A stretch of DNA of 64,000 nt. Origin: Escherichia coli (GTDB lineage: Bacteria > Pseudomonadota > Gammaproteobacteria > Enterobacterales > Enterobacteriaceae). A model generated the notes under the pieces. That model saw only the letters and a program-made list of their open reading frames with translations. It had not been told where the DNA came from and ran no database searches. The translations under genes were made by a program, and so were the position numbers. The stretch's first letter is position 1, and each line of letters opens with the position of its first letter. Positions 21,063-31,588 of this stretch are shown here, one piece after another. The stretch lies in the NCBI RefSeq assembly GCF_045037415.1, contig NZ_CP173438.1; one strand, written 5' to 3'.

Positions 21063-21939
21063 GAACACACCTTTTATCTTTTATCGCTGTTCAGTATGAG
21101 TGATTACCTGTGGATTCCTGAGCACACATAAGGGGTAACCATAAACATTAGCGATGCCATACGTATAACATCCCACATCACTATCAAGAAGATTATCTTT
21201 ACCTCTGATGCTCGCTCAAAAACAGTTACGCTAAATACCTTAAAAAGGTAATCACAAGTCAAACTCAGGAGATAATCACGCAAGAATGCAATATTAAAAT
21301 TCAGATACTCATTTTTGGTAATAAAGAAGTAGTTGGACTATTTCGATATTTATAATTTCCCACTACGTATTGACGTCCATTCATGAGTAAAGGCGCATTA
21401 TATGAATTTAACAATCCAGATCAACTGAAAATACCTCAACCTCATAAACACATAGCGTCAACATTCAATGACATAATGAGTAAAGATGTTGGTTATGCAT
21501 ACACGTCATTACTCTATGCTAATCCCTTAACAACCTGCTTTTTAAGACTGAATCCATTCAGCAATAGATAGCCAACATTATAACAATGACAATAAAAACA
21601 ATATTTAAAACAATCAATAAAATATCAGACACAGACAATTAAACCTTAAACAACAAACGGTTACATTGATTTTGGTTGATTTGCGCTACGCGTTTCCCAT
21701 GAATAAAGCGTCATTTCAAATTAGCACCAATATTTACATTAAATAAGACTAAGCTTATTGAACATTCACAACAGTCCAAGCGTAGGTTTTGGGCTTCAAT
21801 AGTTCTTTTCTTTTTTATTATCTGTTGCCTGGCAATCATCAATCGATACTAAGGGCTTAACTGTACACAGATATAACGTATCAAGAGGTAAGAGAAACCG
21901 CGCCATATGCAGACATGGCGCGGTTTTATGCAATAACAA

Positions 21940-23973
21940 TCACGCGTCCGGGAACATCACGCTATGGCCCGGCGCTTCACGATGGAGATGGATAAAGTTA
22001 AGGTGCCGCTCGTACTGGTCGAGAATATCGGTGATCACCTGCTCTTTGCTGTAGTCCATCAGGTCGTTGCCCTGGCTGCCTTCTAACAGGAAGGTTTCCA
22101 GCCGGTAGTAGGTCGATTTCCCGCTACGTGCGCGGTAGGTAAAGCCCGGCACCGAATATTGCTGTGGCCAAATCTGATAGACAAAGTTTTGCTCTTCGCC
22201 CATATGCACCAACAAATCCAGATGCCCCAACTGTTGTCCCTCTTCCGGCGGCAGGTTTTTTAGCTCCACGTACGCGCCGCGCAACCGCAGTTCCTGCGCC
22301 ACTTCTTCCATTGCCGGATAACAGACCGTCTCCATCATCTGTTTAGTGTAACGCGTGCCCGGATAATTCATCAGGCGCGAGAGACGTTTTTTCCAGCTCA
22401 GGCGATCCTGAAGCCCCAGCGGTCGCGGTGCGGTATCGCGGTTGGCACTTTCACGGCGGTAATCTTCTACCTTCAGAGATTTATACAACCCCGCCATCAC
22501 GAAGAAGATCACAAAGCTGAACGGCAGGCCCATAATCACCGTGGTGTTTTGCAGCGCGGATATCCCGTTGGTCATCAGCATGCCTAGCGTCAGCAGGCCA
22601 ATCGCCACCGACCAGAAGACGCGCAGCCAGCCGGGTGCGTCGCTGTTGATATCTTTAAGCTGCGAGGTGAAATTCCCCAGCACCAGCGCACCGGAGTCCG
22701 CCGAGGTCACATAAAATAGCAGGCCAGTAATGGTGGCGACGGAGGCGCTAAAGGTAAACGCCGGATACTGCGCCAGCAGGCTGTAGAAGCCGCGCTCCGG
22801 ATGGACCATCGCTTCCTCGGCAAATGCCGCGCCGCCGTGGATGATTTCATACAGCGCGCTATTGCCGAATACCGAGAGCCATAACAGCGTGAAGGTAAAC
22901 GGAATAATCAACGTGCCCAGCACGAACTGGCGAATGGTACGCCCACGCGAGATACGCGCCAGGAACAAGCCGACAAACGGCGACCATGCCACCCACCATG
23001 CCCAGAAGAAGAGCGTCCAGTTATTCATCCACTCAACCGGACGGTCGAAGGCAAAACTATTGAGCGTCATGCCCATAAAGCGATTCACATAGTCGCCAAC
23101 GTTCAGCACCAGTGCATTAAGCAGGAACGAGGTGTCGCCCATAAACAACACGAACAGAATCAATCCCAGCGCCAGCGCAACGTTGAGTTCCGATAACACG
23201 CGAATGCCCTTATCGACACCGGATGTCACCGAGATAGTGGCGATGATCACCGACAAGGCGATCAGTGCCGCTTTCGCCGCCATCGAATCGGGAATATCAA
23301 ACAGCACGCTCAAGCCATAGTTAAGCTGCACCACACCGATACCGAGCGTAGTGGCAATACCGAAGATGGTGCCGATCACCGCAGCAATATCCACTGAGTG
23401 ACCTATCGGCCCGTTAATCCGTTTACCGAAGATCGGGTACAGCGCCGAGCGGATGGTGAGCGGCAAATTATAACGATAGCTAAAGTATCCGAGCGCCATG
23501 CCCATCAGCGCATACATCGACCAGCCGGTTAAGCCGTAGTGAAACAGCGTCCAGACCATCGCCTGACGCGCGGCCTCAATCGTCTGTCCCGCGCCTTCCG
23601 GCGGCTGCATATACTGCGTTACCGGTTCGGCTACGGAGAAGAACATCAGGTCGATACCGATCCCGGCAGCAAACAGCATCGCCGCCCAACTCAGCAAACT
23701 GAATTCCGGTTTTGATTGTTCTGGCCCGAGCTTCACCGAACCAAAACGCGAACAAGCGATACAGACCACAAAGACAATATAGAGCGTTGCCGCCAGCAGA
23801 TAGTACCAACCGAAGGTTTTAGAAACCCAGTCCAGCGTGCGGCCAATCCACAGGGCCGAGAAGTCGCGAAACAGGATCGTTGTCAGGGAAAACAACAAAA
23901 TCAGTCCGGCGGAAGTGTAAAACACCACCGGATTGATTTTGTCCTTTTCCCTGCTGTGTGAAAGGTCTGTCAT
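21940..23973 (-). CDS. betT: High-affinity choline transporter (BCCT family)
   Basis: 677 aa polytopic membrane ORF; divergent from betIBA. Confidence 0.95.
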   Translation of the reverse strand: MTDLSHSREKDKINPVVFYTSAGLILLFSLTTILFRDFSALWIGRTLDWVSKTFGWYYLLAATLYIVFVVCIACSRFGSVKLGPEQSKPEFSLLSWAAMLFAAGIGIDLMFFSVAEPVTQYMQPPEGAGQTIEAARQAMVWTLFHYGLTGWSMYALMGMALGYFSYRYNLPLTIRSALYPIFGKRINGPIGHSVDIAAVIGTIFGIATTLGIGVVQLNYGLSVLFDIPDSMAAKAALIALSVIIATISVTSGVDKGIRVLSELNVALALGLILFVLFMGDTSFLLNALVLNVGDYVNRFMGMTLNSFAFDRPVEWMNNWTLFFWAWWVAWSPFVGLFLARISRGRTIRQFVLGTLIIPFTFTLLWLSVFGNSALYEIIHGGAAFAEEAMVHPERGFYSLLAQYPAFTFSASVATITGLLFYVTSADSGALVLGNFTSQLKDINSDAPGWLRVFWSVAIGLLTLGMLMTNGISALQNTTVIMGLPFSFVIFFVMAGLYKSLKVEDYRRESANRDTAPRPLGLQDRLSWKKRLSRLMNYPGTRYTKQMMETVCYPAMEEVAQELRLRGAYVELKNLPPEEGQQLGHLDLLVHMGEEQNFVYQIWPQQYSVPGFTYRARSGKSTYYRLETFLLEGSQGNDLMDYSKEQVITDILDQYERHLNFIHLHREAPGHSVMFPDA

Positions 23974-24101
23974 CCAGTATCCCCACTGTTATTGTTACCA
24001 TTTAAAATCAAATTAGTAACAATTAAGACACATTTTATATTGAACGTCCAATCAATAACCGCTTTAATAGATAAACAACGCTGATGAATGGAGTGGCGAA
24101 A
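23974..24101. promoter_or_regulatory. Divergent betT / betIBA promoter-operator region
   Basis: AT-rich 128 bp gap between divergently oriented betT and betI; by established knowledge contains overlapping promoters and the BetI operator. Confidence 0.5.
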
Positions 24102-24689
24102 ATGCCCAAATTGGGAATGCAGTCGATCCGGCGCAGACAACTGATCGACGCCACGCTGGAAGCAATAAATGAAGTGGGCATGCACGATGCAACGATCGCG
24201 CAGATCGCCCGCCGTGCAGGCGTTTCTACGGGGATCATCAGCCACTATTTCAGGGACAAAAATGGTCTGCTGGAAGCAACCATGCGCGATATCACCAGTC
24301 AGCTGCGTGACGCGGTTTTGAATCGATTACATGCACTTCCGCAGGGCAGTGCAGAGCTGCGATTACAGGCGATTGTTGGCGGAAACTTCGATGAAACCCA
24401 GGTGAGCAGTGCGGCGATGAAAGCCTGGCTGGCCTTCTGGGCCAGCAGTATGCATCAGCCGATGCTTTACCGTTTGCAGCAGGTCAGTAGCCGCCGCTTA
24501 TTGTCGAATCTGGTGAGCGAATTTCGCCGCGAGTTACCGCGCCAACAGGCACAGGAAGCGGGCTACGGCCTTGCCGCGCTAATTGACGGATTATGGCTGC
24601 GCGCGGCACTGAGCGGCAAACCGCTGGATAAACCTCTCGCACACTCGCTGACCCGTCACTTTATTACTCAGCATTTACCCACCGATTAA
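24102..24689 (+). CDS. betI: TetR-family repressor of the bet regulon
   Basis: ORF 24084-24689; probable start MPKLG; TetR HTH ([21 protein letters not shown]). Confidence 0.9.
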   Translation: MPKLGMQSIRRRQLIDATLEAINEVGMHDATIAQIARRAGVSTGIISHYFRDKNGLLEATMRDITSQLRDAVLNRLHALPQGSAELRLQAIVGGNFDETQVSSAAMKAWLAFWASSMHQPMLYRLQQVSSRRLLSNLVSEFRRELPRQQAQEAGYGLAALIDGLWLRAALSGKPLDKPLAHSLTRHFITQHLPTD

Positions 24690-24699
24690 CCGAGGAGAC

Positions 24700-26176
24700 G
24701 TGATGTCCCGAATGGCAGAACAGCAGCTTTATATACATGGTGGTTATACCTCCGCCACCAGCGGTCGCACCTTCGAGACCATTAACCCGGCCAACGGTAA
24801 CGTGCTGGCGACCGTGCAGGCCGCCGGGCGTGAGGATGTCGATCGCGCCGTGAAGAGTGCCCAACAAGGGCAAAAAATCTGGGCGGCGATGACCGCTATG
24901 GAGCGCTCGCGTATTCTGCGTCGGGCCGTTGATATTCTGCGTGAACGCAATGACGAACTCGCAAAACTGGAAACCCTTGACACCGGAAAAGCATATTCGG
25001 AAACCTCAACCGTCGATATCGTTACCGGTGCGGACGTGCTGGAGTACTATGCCGGGCTGATCCCGGCGCTGGAAGGCAGCCAGATCCCGTTGCGTGAGAC
25101 GTCATTTGTTTATACCCGCCGCGAACCGCTGGGTGTGGTGGCGGGGATTGGCGCATGGAACTACCCGATCCAGATTGCTTTGTGGAAATCCGCCCCAGCG
25201 CTGGCGGCAGGCAATGCAATGATTTTCAAACCGAGCGAAGTCACCCCGCTTACCGCGTTAAAGCTGGCCGAAATTTACAGCGAAGCGGGCCTGCCGGACG
25301 GCGTATTTAACGTGTTGCCGGGCGTGGGCGCGGAGAACCGGACAATATCTGACCGATCATCCGGGCATTGCCAAAGTGTCATTTACCGGCGGTGTCGCCA
25401 GCGGCAAAAAAGTGATGGCTAACTCGGCAGCTTCCTCCCTGAAAGAAGTGACCATGGAGCTGGGCGGTAAATCACCGCTGATCGTTTTCGACGATGCGGA
25501 TCTCGATCTCGCCGCCGATATCGCCATGATGGCGAATTTCTTCAGCTCCGGTCAGGTGTGTACCAACGGCACTCGCGTCTTCGTTCCGACGAAATGCAAA
25601 GCCGCATTTGAACAAAAGGTTCTGGCGCGCGTTGAGCGCATTCGCGCGGGCGACGTTTTCGATCCGCAAACTAACTTCGGCCCGCTGGTCAGCTTCCCGC
25701 ATCGCGATAACGTGCTGCGCTATATCGCCAAAGGCAAAGAGGAAGGCGCGCGCGTACTGTGCGGCGGCAATGTACTGAAGGGGGATAGCTTCGATAACGG
25801 CGCATGGGTTGCACCGACCGTGTTCACCGATTGCAGCGACGATATGACCATTGTGCGAGAAGAGATTTTCGGGCCAGTGATGTCCATTCTGATCTACGAG
25901 TCGGAAGACGAAGTCATTCGCCGCGCTAACGATACCGACTACGGTCTGGCGGCGGGTATCGTGACGGCGGACCTGAACCTCGCGCATCGCGTCATTCATC
26001 AGCTGGAAGCGGGTATTTGCTGGATCAACACCTGGGGCGAATCCCCGGCAGAGATGCCCGTTGGCGGCTACAAACACTCCGGCATTGGTCGCGAGAACGG
26101 CGTGATGACGCTCCAGAGTTACACCCAGGTGAAGTCCATCCAGGTTGAGATGGCTAAATTCCAGTCCATATTCTAA
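24700..26176 (+). pseudogene. betB: Betaine aldehyde dehydrogenase, reading frame broken by a single-base insertion (extra A at ~25336-25337); pseudogene or sequencing indel
   Basis: Frame 1 reads ...LPGVGAEN then garbage to a stop at 25422; deleting one A from gagAAcc restores ...[28 protein letters not shown]... continuous with ORF 25376-26176; intact BetB is ~490 aa. Confidence 0.8.
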
Positions 26177-26189
26177 CCAGGAGGTTTAT

Positions 26190-27860
26190 TTGCAATTTGA
26201 CTACATCATTATTGGTGCCGGCTCAGCCGGCAACGTTCTCGCTACCCGTCTGACTGAAGATCCGAACACAACCGTGCTGCTGCTTGAAGCAGGCGGCCCG
26301 GACTATCGCTTTGACTTCCGCACCCAGATGCCCGCCGCGCTGGCGTTCCCGCTACAGGGCAAACGCTACAACTGGGCCTATGAGACGGAACCCGAACCGT
26401 TTATGAACAACCGCCGCATGGAGTGCGGACGCGGCAAAGGTCTGGGCGGTTCATCGCTGATCAACGGTATGTGCTACATCCGTGGCAATGCGCTGGATCT
26501 CGATAACTGGGCACAAGAACCTGGTCTGGAGAACTGGAGTTATCTCGACTGCCTGCCCTACTACCGCAAGGCCGAGACTCGCGATGTGGGCGAGAACGAT
26601 TACCACGGTGGCGATGGCCCGGTGAGCGTCATCACCTCCAAACCCGGCGTCAATCCGCTGTTTGAAGCGATGATTGAAGCGGGCATGCAGGCAGGCTACC
26701 CACGCACGGACGATCTCAACGGCTATCAGCAAGAAGGTTTTGGCCCGATGGATCGCACCGTCACGCCGCATGGCCGTCGCGCCAGCACCGCGCGTGGCTA
26801 TCTCGATCAGGCCAAATCGCGCCCTAACCTGACCATTCGTACTCACGCCATGACCGATCACATCATTTTTGACGGCAAACGCGCGGTGGGCGTCGAGTGG
26901 CTGGAAGGCGACAGCACTATTCCGACCCGCGCGGCGGCGAATAAAGAAGTGCTGTTATGTGCAGGCGCGATTGCTTCACCGCAGATCCTGCAACGCTCCG
27001 GCGTCGGCAACGCTGAACTGCTGGCGGAGTTTAATATTCCGCTGGTGCATGAATTACCCGGCGTCGGCGAAAATCTTCAGGATCACCTGGAGATGTATCT
27101 GCAATACGAGTGCAAAGAACCGGTTTCCCTCTACCCTGCCCTGCAGTGGTGGAATCAGCCGAGAATCGGTGCGGAGTGGCTGTTTGGCGGCACCGGCGTT
27201 GGTGCCAGCAACCACTTTGAAGCAGGCGGATTTATTCGCAGCCGTGAGGAATTTGCGTGGCCGAATATTCAGTACCATTTCCTGCCAGTGGCGATTAACT
27301 ATAACGGCTCGAACGCAGTGAAAGAGCACGGCTTCCAATGCCATGTCGGATCGATGCGCTCGCCAAGCCGTGGGCATGTGCGGATTAAATCCCGCGACCC
27401 GCACCAGCATCCGGGAATTCTGTTTAACTACATGTCGCACGAGCAGGACTGGCAGGAGTTCCGCGACGCAATTCGCATCACACGCGAGATCATGCATCAA
27501 CCCGCGCTGGATCAATACCGTGGCCGCGAAATCAGCCCTGGTGTCGAATGCCAGACGGATGAGCAGCTCGATGAGTTCGTGCGTAACCACGCCGAAACCG
27601 CGTTTCATCCGTGCGGTACCTGCAAAATGGGTTATGACGAGATGGCTGTGGTTGACGGCGAAGGCCGCGTACACGGGCTGGAAGGCCTGCGCGTGGTGGA
27701 TGCGTCAATTATGCCGCAAATTATCACCGGCAATTTGAACGCCACGACGATTATGATTGGCGAGAAAATAGCGGATATGATTCGTGGGAAGGAAGCGTTG
27801 CCGAGGAGCACGGCGGGATATTTTGTGGCAAATGGGATGCCGGTGAGAGCGAAAAAATGA
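26190..27860 (+). CDS. betA: Choline dehydrogenase (GMC oxidoreductase, FAD-dependent)
   Basis: Probable TTG start 6 nt after AGGAGG RBS giving [15 protein letters not shown] (FAD Rossmann motif); 556 aa; the ORF-track extension to 26145 overlaps betB and is not used. Confidence 0.9.
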   Translation: MQFDYIIIGAGSAGNVLATRLTEDPNTTVLLLEAGGPDYRFDFRTQMPAALAFPLQGKRYNWAYETEPEPFMNNRRMECGRGKGLGGSSLINGMCYIRGNALDLDNWAQEPGLENWSYLDCLPYYRKAETRDVGENDYHGGDGPVSVITSKPGVNPLFEAMIEAGMQAGYPRTDDLNGYQQEGFGPMDRTVTPHGRRASTARGYLDQAKSRPNLTIRTHAMTDHIIFDGKRAVGVEWLEGDSTIPTRAAANKEVLLCAGAIASPQILQRSGVGNAELLAEFNIPLVHELPGVGENLQDHLEMYLQYECKEPVSLYPALQWWNQPRIGAEWLFGGTGVGASNHFEAGGFIRSREEFAWPNIQYHFLPVAINYNGSNAVKEHGFQCHVGSMRSPSRGHVRIKSRDPHQHPGILFNYMSHEQDWQEFRDAIRITREIMHQPALDQYRGREISPGVECQTDEQLDEFVRNHAETAFHPCGTCKMGYDEMAVVDGEGRVHGLEGLRVVDASIMPQIITGNLNATTIMIGEKIADMIRGKEALPRSTAGYFVANGMPVRAKK

Positions 27861-27896
27861 GTCGTGATGTGAACTGACTCAGGAACCTATCAGATT

Positions 27897-27955
27897 GAGA
27901 GTTACCGTTCTACTATGAGGACCGAATCCTTATATAAAACACTGAGGTAACTCTC
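27897..27955. repeat. 10 bp inverted repeat (GAGAGTTACC ... GGTAACTCTC) 37 bp past betA stop, at the proximal edge of the accessory island
   Basis: Read directly from sequence; could be a betA terminator or island boundary. Confidence 0.4.
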
Positions 27956-28944
27956 ATGCTTCATCGTGACAATCTCGCCAGCAAATTCTAAGCTGACTTG
28001 CTCAATCTGGCTGATGAATGTGCTATGCATACACAGATAAACTACAGATGAAATACCACTCAGCTTAAGAATTACGCCGCTAATGTTCCTGGCTATGGTT
28101 ACCTGTTCATTCCCGCTCACGGTTAGCATATACGAAAAGGGTTCTTGTAACGAGTACAAAAATAAGTCAGACCAAAACCACATGGAGCTTTAAACACGAT
28201 TCGTATAATTTATTAGCAGTGATTTATTTTTACTCTTCTTTAATTAATCATCATGCTTAAATATTTTTTAGCACAAGATTATCGCTTCGCTAACATTTTA
28301 GTTTACATTAATTTTCAATTGATAATAAAAAGTTGTTAATAAGTTTTTTGCGGAAAATAAAAAGTGTTGGAATACTCTCCATCAAATGAATGCAAAATAA
28401 ACAAATTGAGATATACAAAAAGTAAAAATCATTTAAATGAATATTTTAAATTTATGAGCAGAACCCATTAACAATGATTTACTCACGACCAGAAAAGTAA
28501 AGAACACCTTGCAATAATATGTATTTATAAATTCATATCATTGATATTAAACTAATCTTACTTTCTACCCTCCAAATTTATGCATCAAAAAAAACAAAAG
28601 TAAAATCAATTAGATACACAACAAGACGATCTCACAGGAAATGATGTTAAATATCTCAAAACTAATAAAAATCACTAAAACATTAGACGTAATACACATC
28701 CCACACGACCTGTCACTCATAGTTTTAATATTTATTTTTTCACATCATAGTAGATAAAAATACGCATTAAAAATGACTTGTAGAAAAGCTGCACAATAAA
28801 TAGTTCATATTTAATCTGTTGCGTAGAACTACTATTCAAAAAATCTTATTAATGAGATAATGAGATTACATCGATAACGTTCTGATTGCAGGCATACTTA
28901 TCTGGGTGTGCCTCTCTTTTTTTTACAACTGTACACGGTGGCGT

Positions 28945-29508
28945 ATGACGAGAAAATATCTCACACAGGATGAAGTCTACAGGCTGATGGATGCAGCCCA
29001 GAGCATGTCCTTTCCTGAAAGAAATCGCTGTCTAATTATGATGGCTTTCATTCACGGTTTTAGGGCCAGTGAACTTCTTGATTTACGTTTATCCGATATT
29101 GATGCATCTGGAAAACAACTTAATATTCGGCGTATTAAAAATGGTTTCTCGACAACACATCCTCTTCTTCCTGATGAATATAATTTGATCAAGTTGTGGC
29201 TTAAGCAGAGGAAGTTAATTGAAAACGGAGTTGAAGGAGACTGGCTTTTTCTCTCCCGGAAACGCCGCCCTATCAGCAGACAACATTTTTTTTCTATCAT
29301 TCGTGAGGCTGGAAAACGTGCAGGATTAGCTGTAAAAGCACATCCTCATATGTTACGTCATGCCTGTGGTTTTGCTCTGGCTGACAATGGTGTCGATACC
29401 CGACTACTTCAGGATTATCTGGGTCATCGAAATATTCAGCATACTGTCAGATACACAGCCAGTAATGCTGCTCGTTTTAAAGGGGTGTGGAAAAAAAAGC
29501 CTCGTTAA
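28945..29508 (+). CDS. FimB/FimE-type site-specific tyrosine recombinase (phase-variation recombinase, IpuA-like)
   Basis: ORF 28906-29508, probable start MTRKYLTQDEV; strong similarity by eye to FimE (LLDLRLSDID, INIRRIKNGFSTTHPL, HPHMLRHACGFALA, LGHRNIQHTVRYTASNAARF) including catalytic R-H-R-Y residues. Confidence 0.85.
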   Translation: MTRKYLTQDEVYRLMDAAQSMSFPERNRCLIMMAFIHGFRASELLDLRLSDIDASGKQLNIRRIKNGFSTTHPLLPDEYNLIKLWLKQRKLIENGVEGDWLFLSRKRRPISRQHFFSIIREAGKRAGLAVKAHPHMLRHACGFALADNGVDTRLLQDYLGHRNIQHTVRYTASNAARFKGVWKKKPR

Positions 29509-29520
29509 AACAGTACCTTC

Positions 29521-29798
29521 TGATTCAAAATGTCAGATTCCTACGTTTTCCTCAATTCTTCCATAAAAAAACAGCCCATTCAATTAAATAAAACACATAA
29601 CATGTTGATATTTCTAGCTAAAGTAAAATAACCCTATGATTTGAAATGATTAATCACAAAGGTCATACCAGTGATTAACTTTCGCCCATATCGTTAAATA
29701 ACACAAAATTAAAAACAATAAAAATCAAACAAATTAGATTTATATTCCAAGAAAATTAAATATTCAGGCTATTAAACCAAACCTGACATTTTGAATCA
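29521..29798. other. Candidate invertible DNA element (phase switch): 278 bp segment bounded by perfect 16 bp inverted repeats
   Basis: TGATTCAAAATGTCAG at 29521-29536 and its exact reverse complement CTGACATTTTGAATCA at 29783-29798; right end also forms palindrome CCTGACATTTTGAATCAAAATGTCAGG (29782-29808); lies between recombinase stop (29508) and regulator start (29838); internal sequence very AT-rich. Confidence 0.6.
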
Positions 29799-29837
29799 AA
29801 ATGTCAGGTTTTGTAGCAATGGCGTGGACGAGTCTGA

Positions 29838-30632
29838 ATGAAGAAGCCTCTGGTTATTATCAGTGCCTGTCAGTTCACCAGGCTGGCACTGGAGTCTCTC
29901 ATCCCAACGGACAGGTATATCGTGCGGGTGTACAGCAACGTCACTACAGAGGTTGAATTCGTTTTAAAGACCTCCTGTGGCTACCTGTTAGCTGATATCC
30001 CTTCGCTTCCTTCGGGGGAGTTGGTTCTTCTGGCTTGTCTCGCCCGTTTGCGGAGTGATGCCGGGCAATGGCAGGTCTGCCTGACCGGTGACTCCGACTG
30101 GTTCGATAATGCTCCTGCTGCAAGTCTGTATAACGGCTTCCCACGCATCGGCACCATGCTGACAGCGAGTCGTTATCAGAATCAAATTATCCGCTGGTTA
30201 CTGCGTCCTTTGCCCGGCGATATGAGCGATTTCTGGCTCCTGACTGCACGGGAGTTGAGCGTGCTTAAGATTCTGATGCAGGGCATGAGTTTCAGTGAGA
30301 TTGCCCGTTATGAACAACGCAGTTCAAAGACCCTGCATGCGATTGCCACACGGGCTTTAATGAAACTTGGACTGAGAACACTGAGCGATTTCAGGCTGCT
30401 CTATACGGGATGCGGTGACAGCAGAGTGAAACGGAATATACGGCTACATGCAAAATATATCGGACAACATTCCGCTCATCGACTCACTCAGTATGTGCAG
30501 AACATGGTATCCGGAATCCTTTATCCAGAGAAAGTTGCCGTTGGTGAATCAATAAATTCTGACGCCATTTCCGGAAAAGTACTTTCCGGACAAAGAAAAA
30601 ATATATCTAAAAAAAGACCAGGATTGTTATGA
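29838..30632 (+). CDS. LuxR/EcpR-like transcriptional regulator (IpuR-like)
   Basis: 264 aa ORF; C-terminal LuxR-type HTH (LTARELSVLKILMQGMSFSEIARYEQRSSKTLHAIATRALMKLGL); immediately downstream of the candidate switch. Confidence 0.75.
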   Translation: MKKPLVIISACQFTRLALESLIPTDRYIVRVYSNVTTEVEFVLKTSCGYLLADIPSLPSGELVLLACLARLRSDAGQWQVCLTGDSDWFDNAPAASLYNGFPRIGTMLTASRYQNQIIRWLLRPLPGDMSDFWLLTARELSVLKILMQGMSFSEIARYEQRSSKTLHAIATRALMKLGLRTLSDFRLLYTGCGDSRVKRNIRLHAKYIGQHSAHRLTQYVQNMVSGILYPEKVAVGESINSDAISGKVLSGQRKNISKKRPGLL

Positions 30633-30785
30633 CACAGCAGCGTTGTTACTACCACCCACTGCGGCGCACACGGACTCGCTACAGTGTAGGAGCCAAAATA
30701 TTTCTACTGTTCTGGGCTGCAGGATTGGGAGGCATGCTGTACAGCCTGTACAGCGTGCTGGCGTACTGACATCTGTGAGGGAAGG

Positions 30786-31547
30786 ATGCGTTTCGTTCTT
30801 TTCTGTCCCTCAGGAATTGTACCAGCGCAGTTCGCAGCTCTATCAACCGGTTCTGTCGGCAATGTTACCTGCATAAGAACAGAAGAGGAGTTACGCAATA
30901 AATTGCGGCACAGGCCACAGAGTGTCGTGATATCGGCAGGGCGACCTGCCGAATGCGCTGAAATGTGGTTCCGATTTTATCTGGATCACTCATTCGTGGT
31001 GGTGTTGTGCGTCGCGCCCTTTTTTCTGCCACCGGATGTGAGTATTTCTGGCGTTCTCAAAAACCTGAGGTTACTGAAACCAGGAATGTCAGTAGAGCGT
31101 GTCATCAGTATTGCAAATGCCTCTGGTGGGTTTTCAGGACTGAAACATGCAGAAAATTTGCCAGTTATGGACTGTTACTCTGTCTTTATGAAAGAGGTGA
31201 ATAACCGCACAAAGACAATCGTCATGTCAGAACGCTTCCCGGAAAAGCAAAAGAAGGTGTTGTCGTTGCTTCTTGCCGGACACAGCTGGGAATACAGTGC
31301 GCAGTTTCTCAAAACGGGGATAAGACAGATATGGCTTGCCGAGCAGTCGCTAAAAAAGCGTTGGGGGATACCGGACAGCATGTCATTGCGGGAAGCCCTG
31401 CTGCTGAGCAGCAATAATTTTCACGGTGATGGAAATGCATTGGAAACAACGAATGCCATGACATTGCGTGAAAACGGAAATACCAACAGGTATTCCGTGG
31501 TGGTAAATGCAGGGACGCAGGCTTTATCTCTGCATAAATATAAATAA
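30786..31547 (+). CDS. Second regulator-like protein with degenerate LuxR-type HTH
   Basis: 253 aa ORF; C-terminal region KQKKVLSLLLAGHSWEYSAQFLKTGIRQIWLAEQSLKKRWGI resembles a LuxR HTH; true start uncertain. Confidence 0.5.
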   Translation: MRFVLFCPSGIVPAQFAALSTGSVGNVTCIRTEEELRNKLRHRPQSVVISAGRPAECAEMWFRFYLDHSFVVVLCVAPFFLPPDVSISGVLKNLRLLKPGMSVERVISIANASGGFSGLKHAENLPVMDCYSVFMKEVNNRTKTIVMSERFPEKQKKVLSLLLAGHSWEYSAQFLKTGIRQIWLAEQSLKKRWGIPDSMSLREALLLSSNNFHGDGNALETTNAMTLRENGNTNRYSVVVNAGTQALSLHKYK

Positions 31548-31588
31548 GTGGGAAATTGAAATTAGTTACCAGAATGGAGAATTTCTTC

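Noticed and set aside
21069-21939. 870 bp AT-rich ORF-free gap between pdeL and betT, examined for a hidden small gene or RNA
   Set aside because: No ORF with an RBS, no conserved RNA structure recognisable by eye; most simply the pdeL promoter and regulatory region.
26145-26189. Upstream extension of betA in the ORF track ([16 protein letters not shown]...)
   Set aside because: It overlaps the 3' end of betB in another frame; a TTG start at 26190 with an AGGAGG RBS gives the conserved [15 protein letters not shown]-terminus.
27902-28183. 93 aa minus-strand ORF in the AT-rich island leader
   Set aside because: No recognisable domain or convincing RBS, sits in very AT-rich DNA where random ORFs are common; kept only as a possibility.
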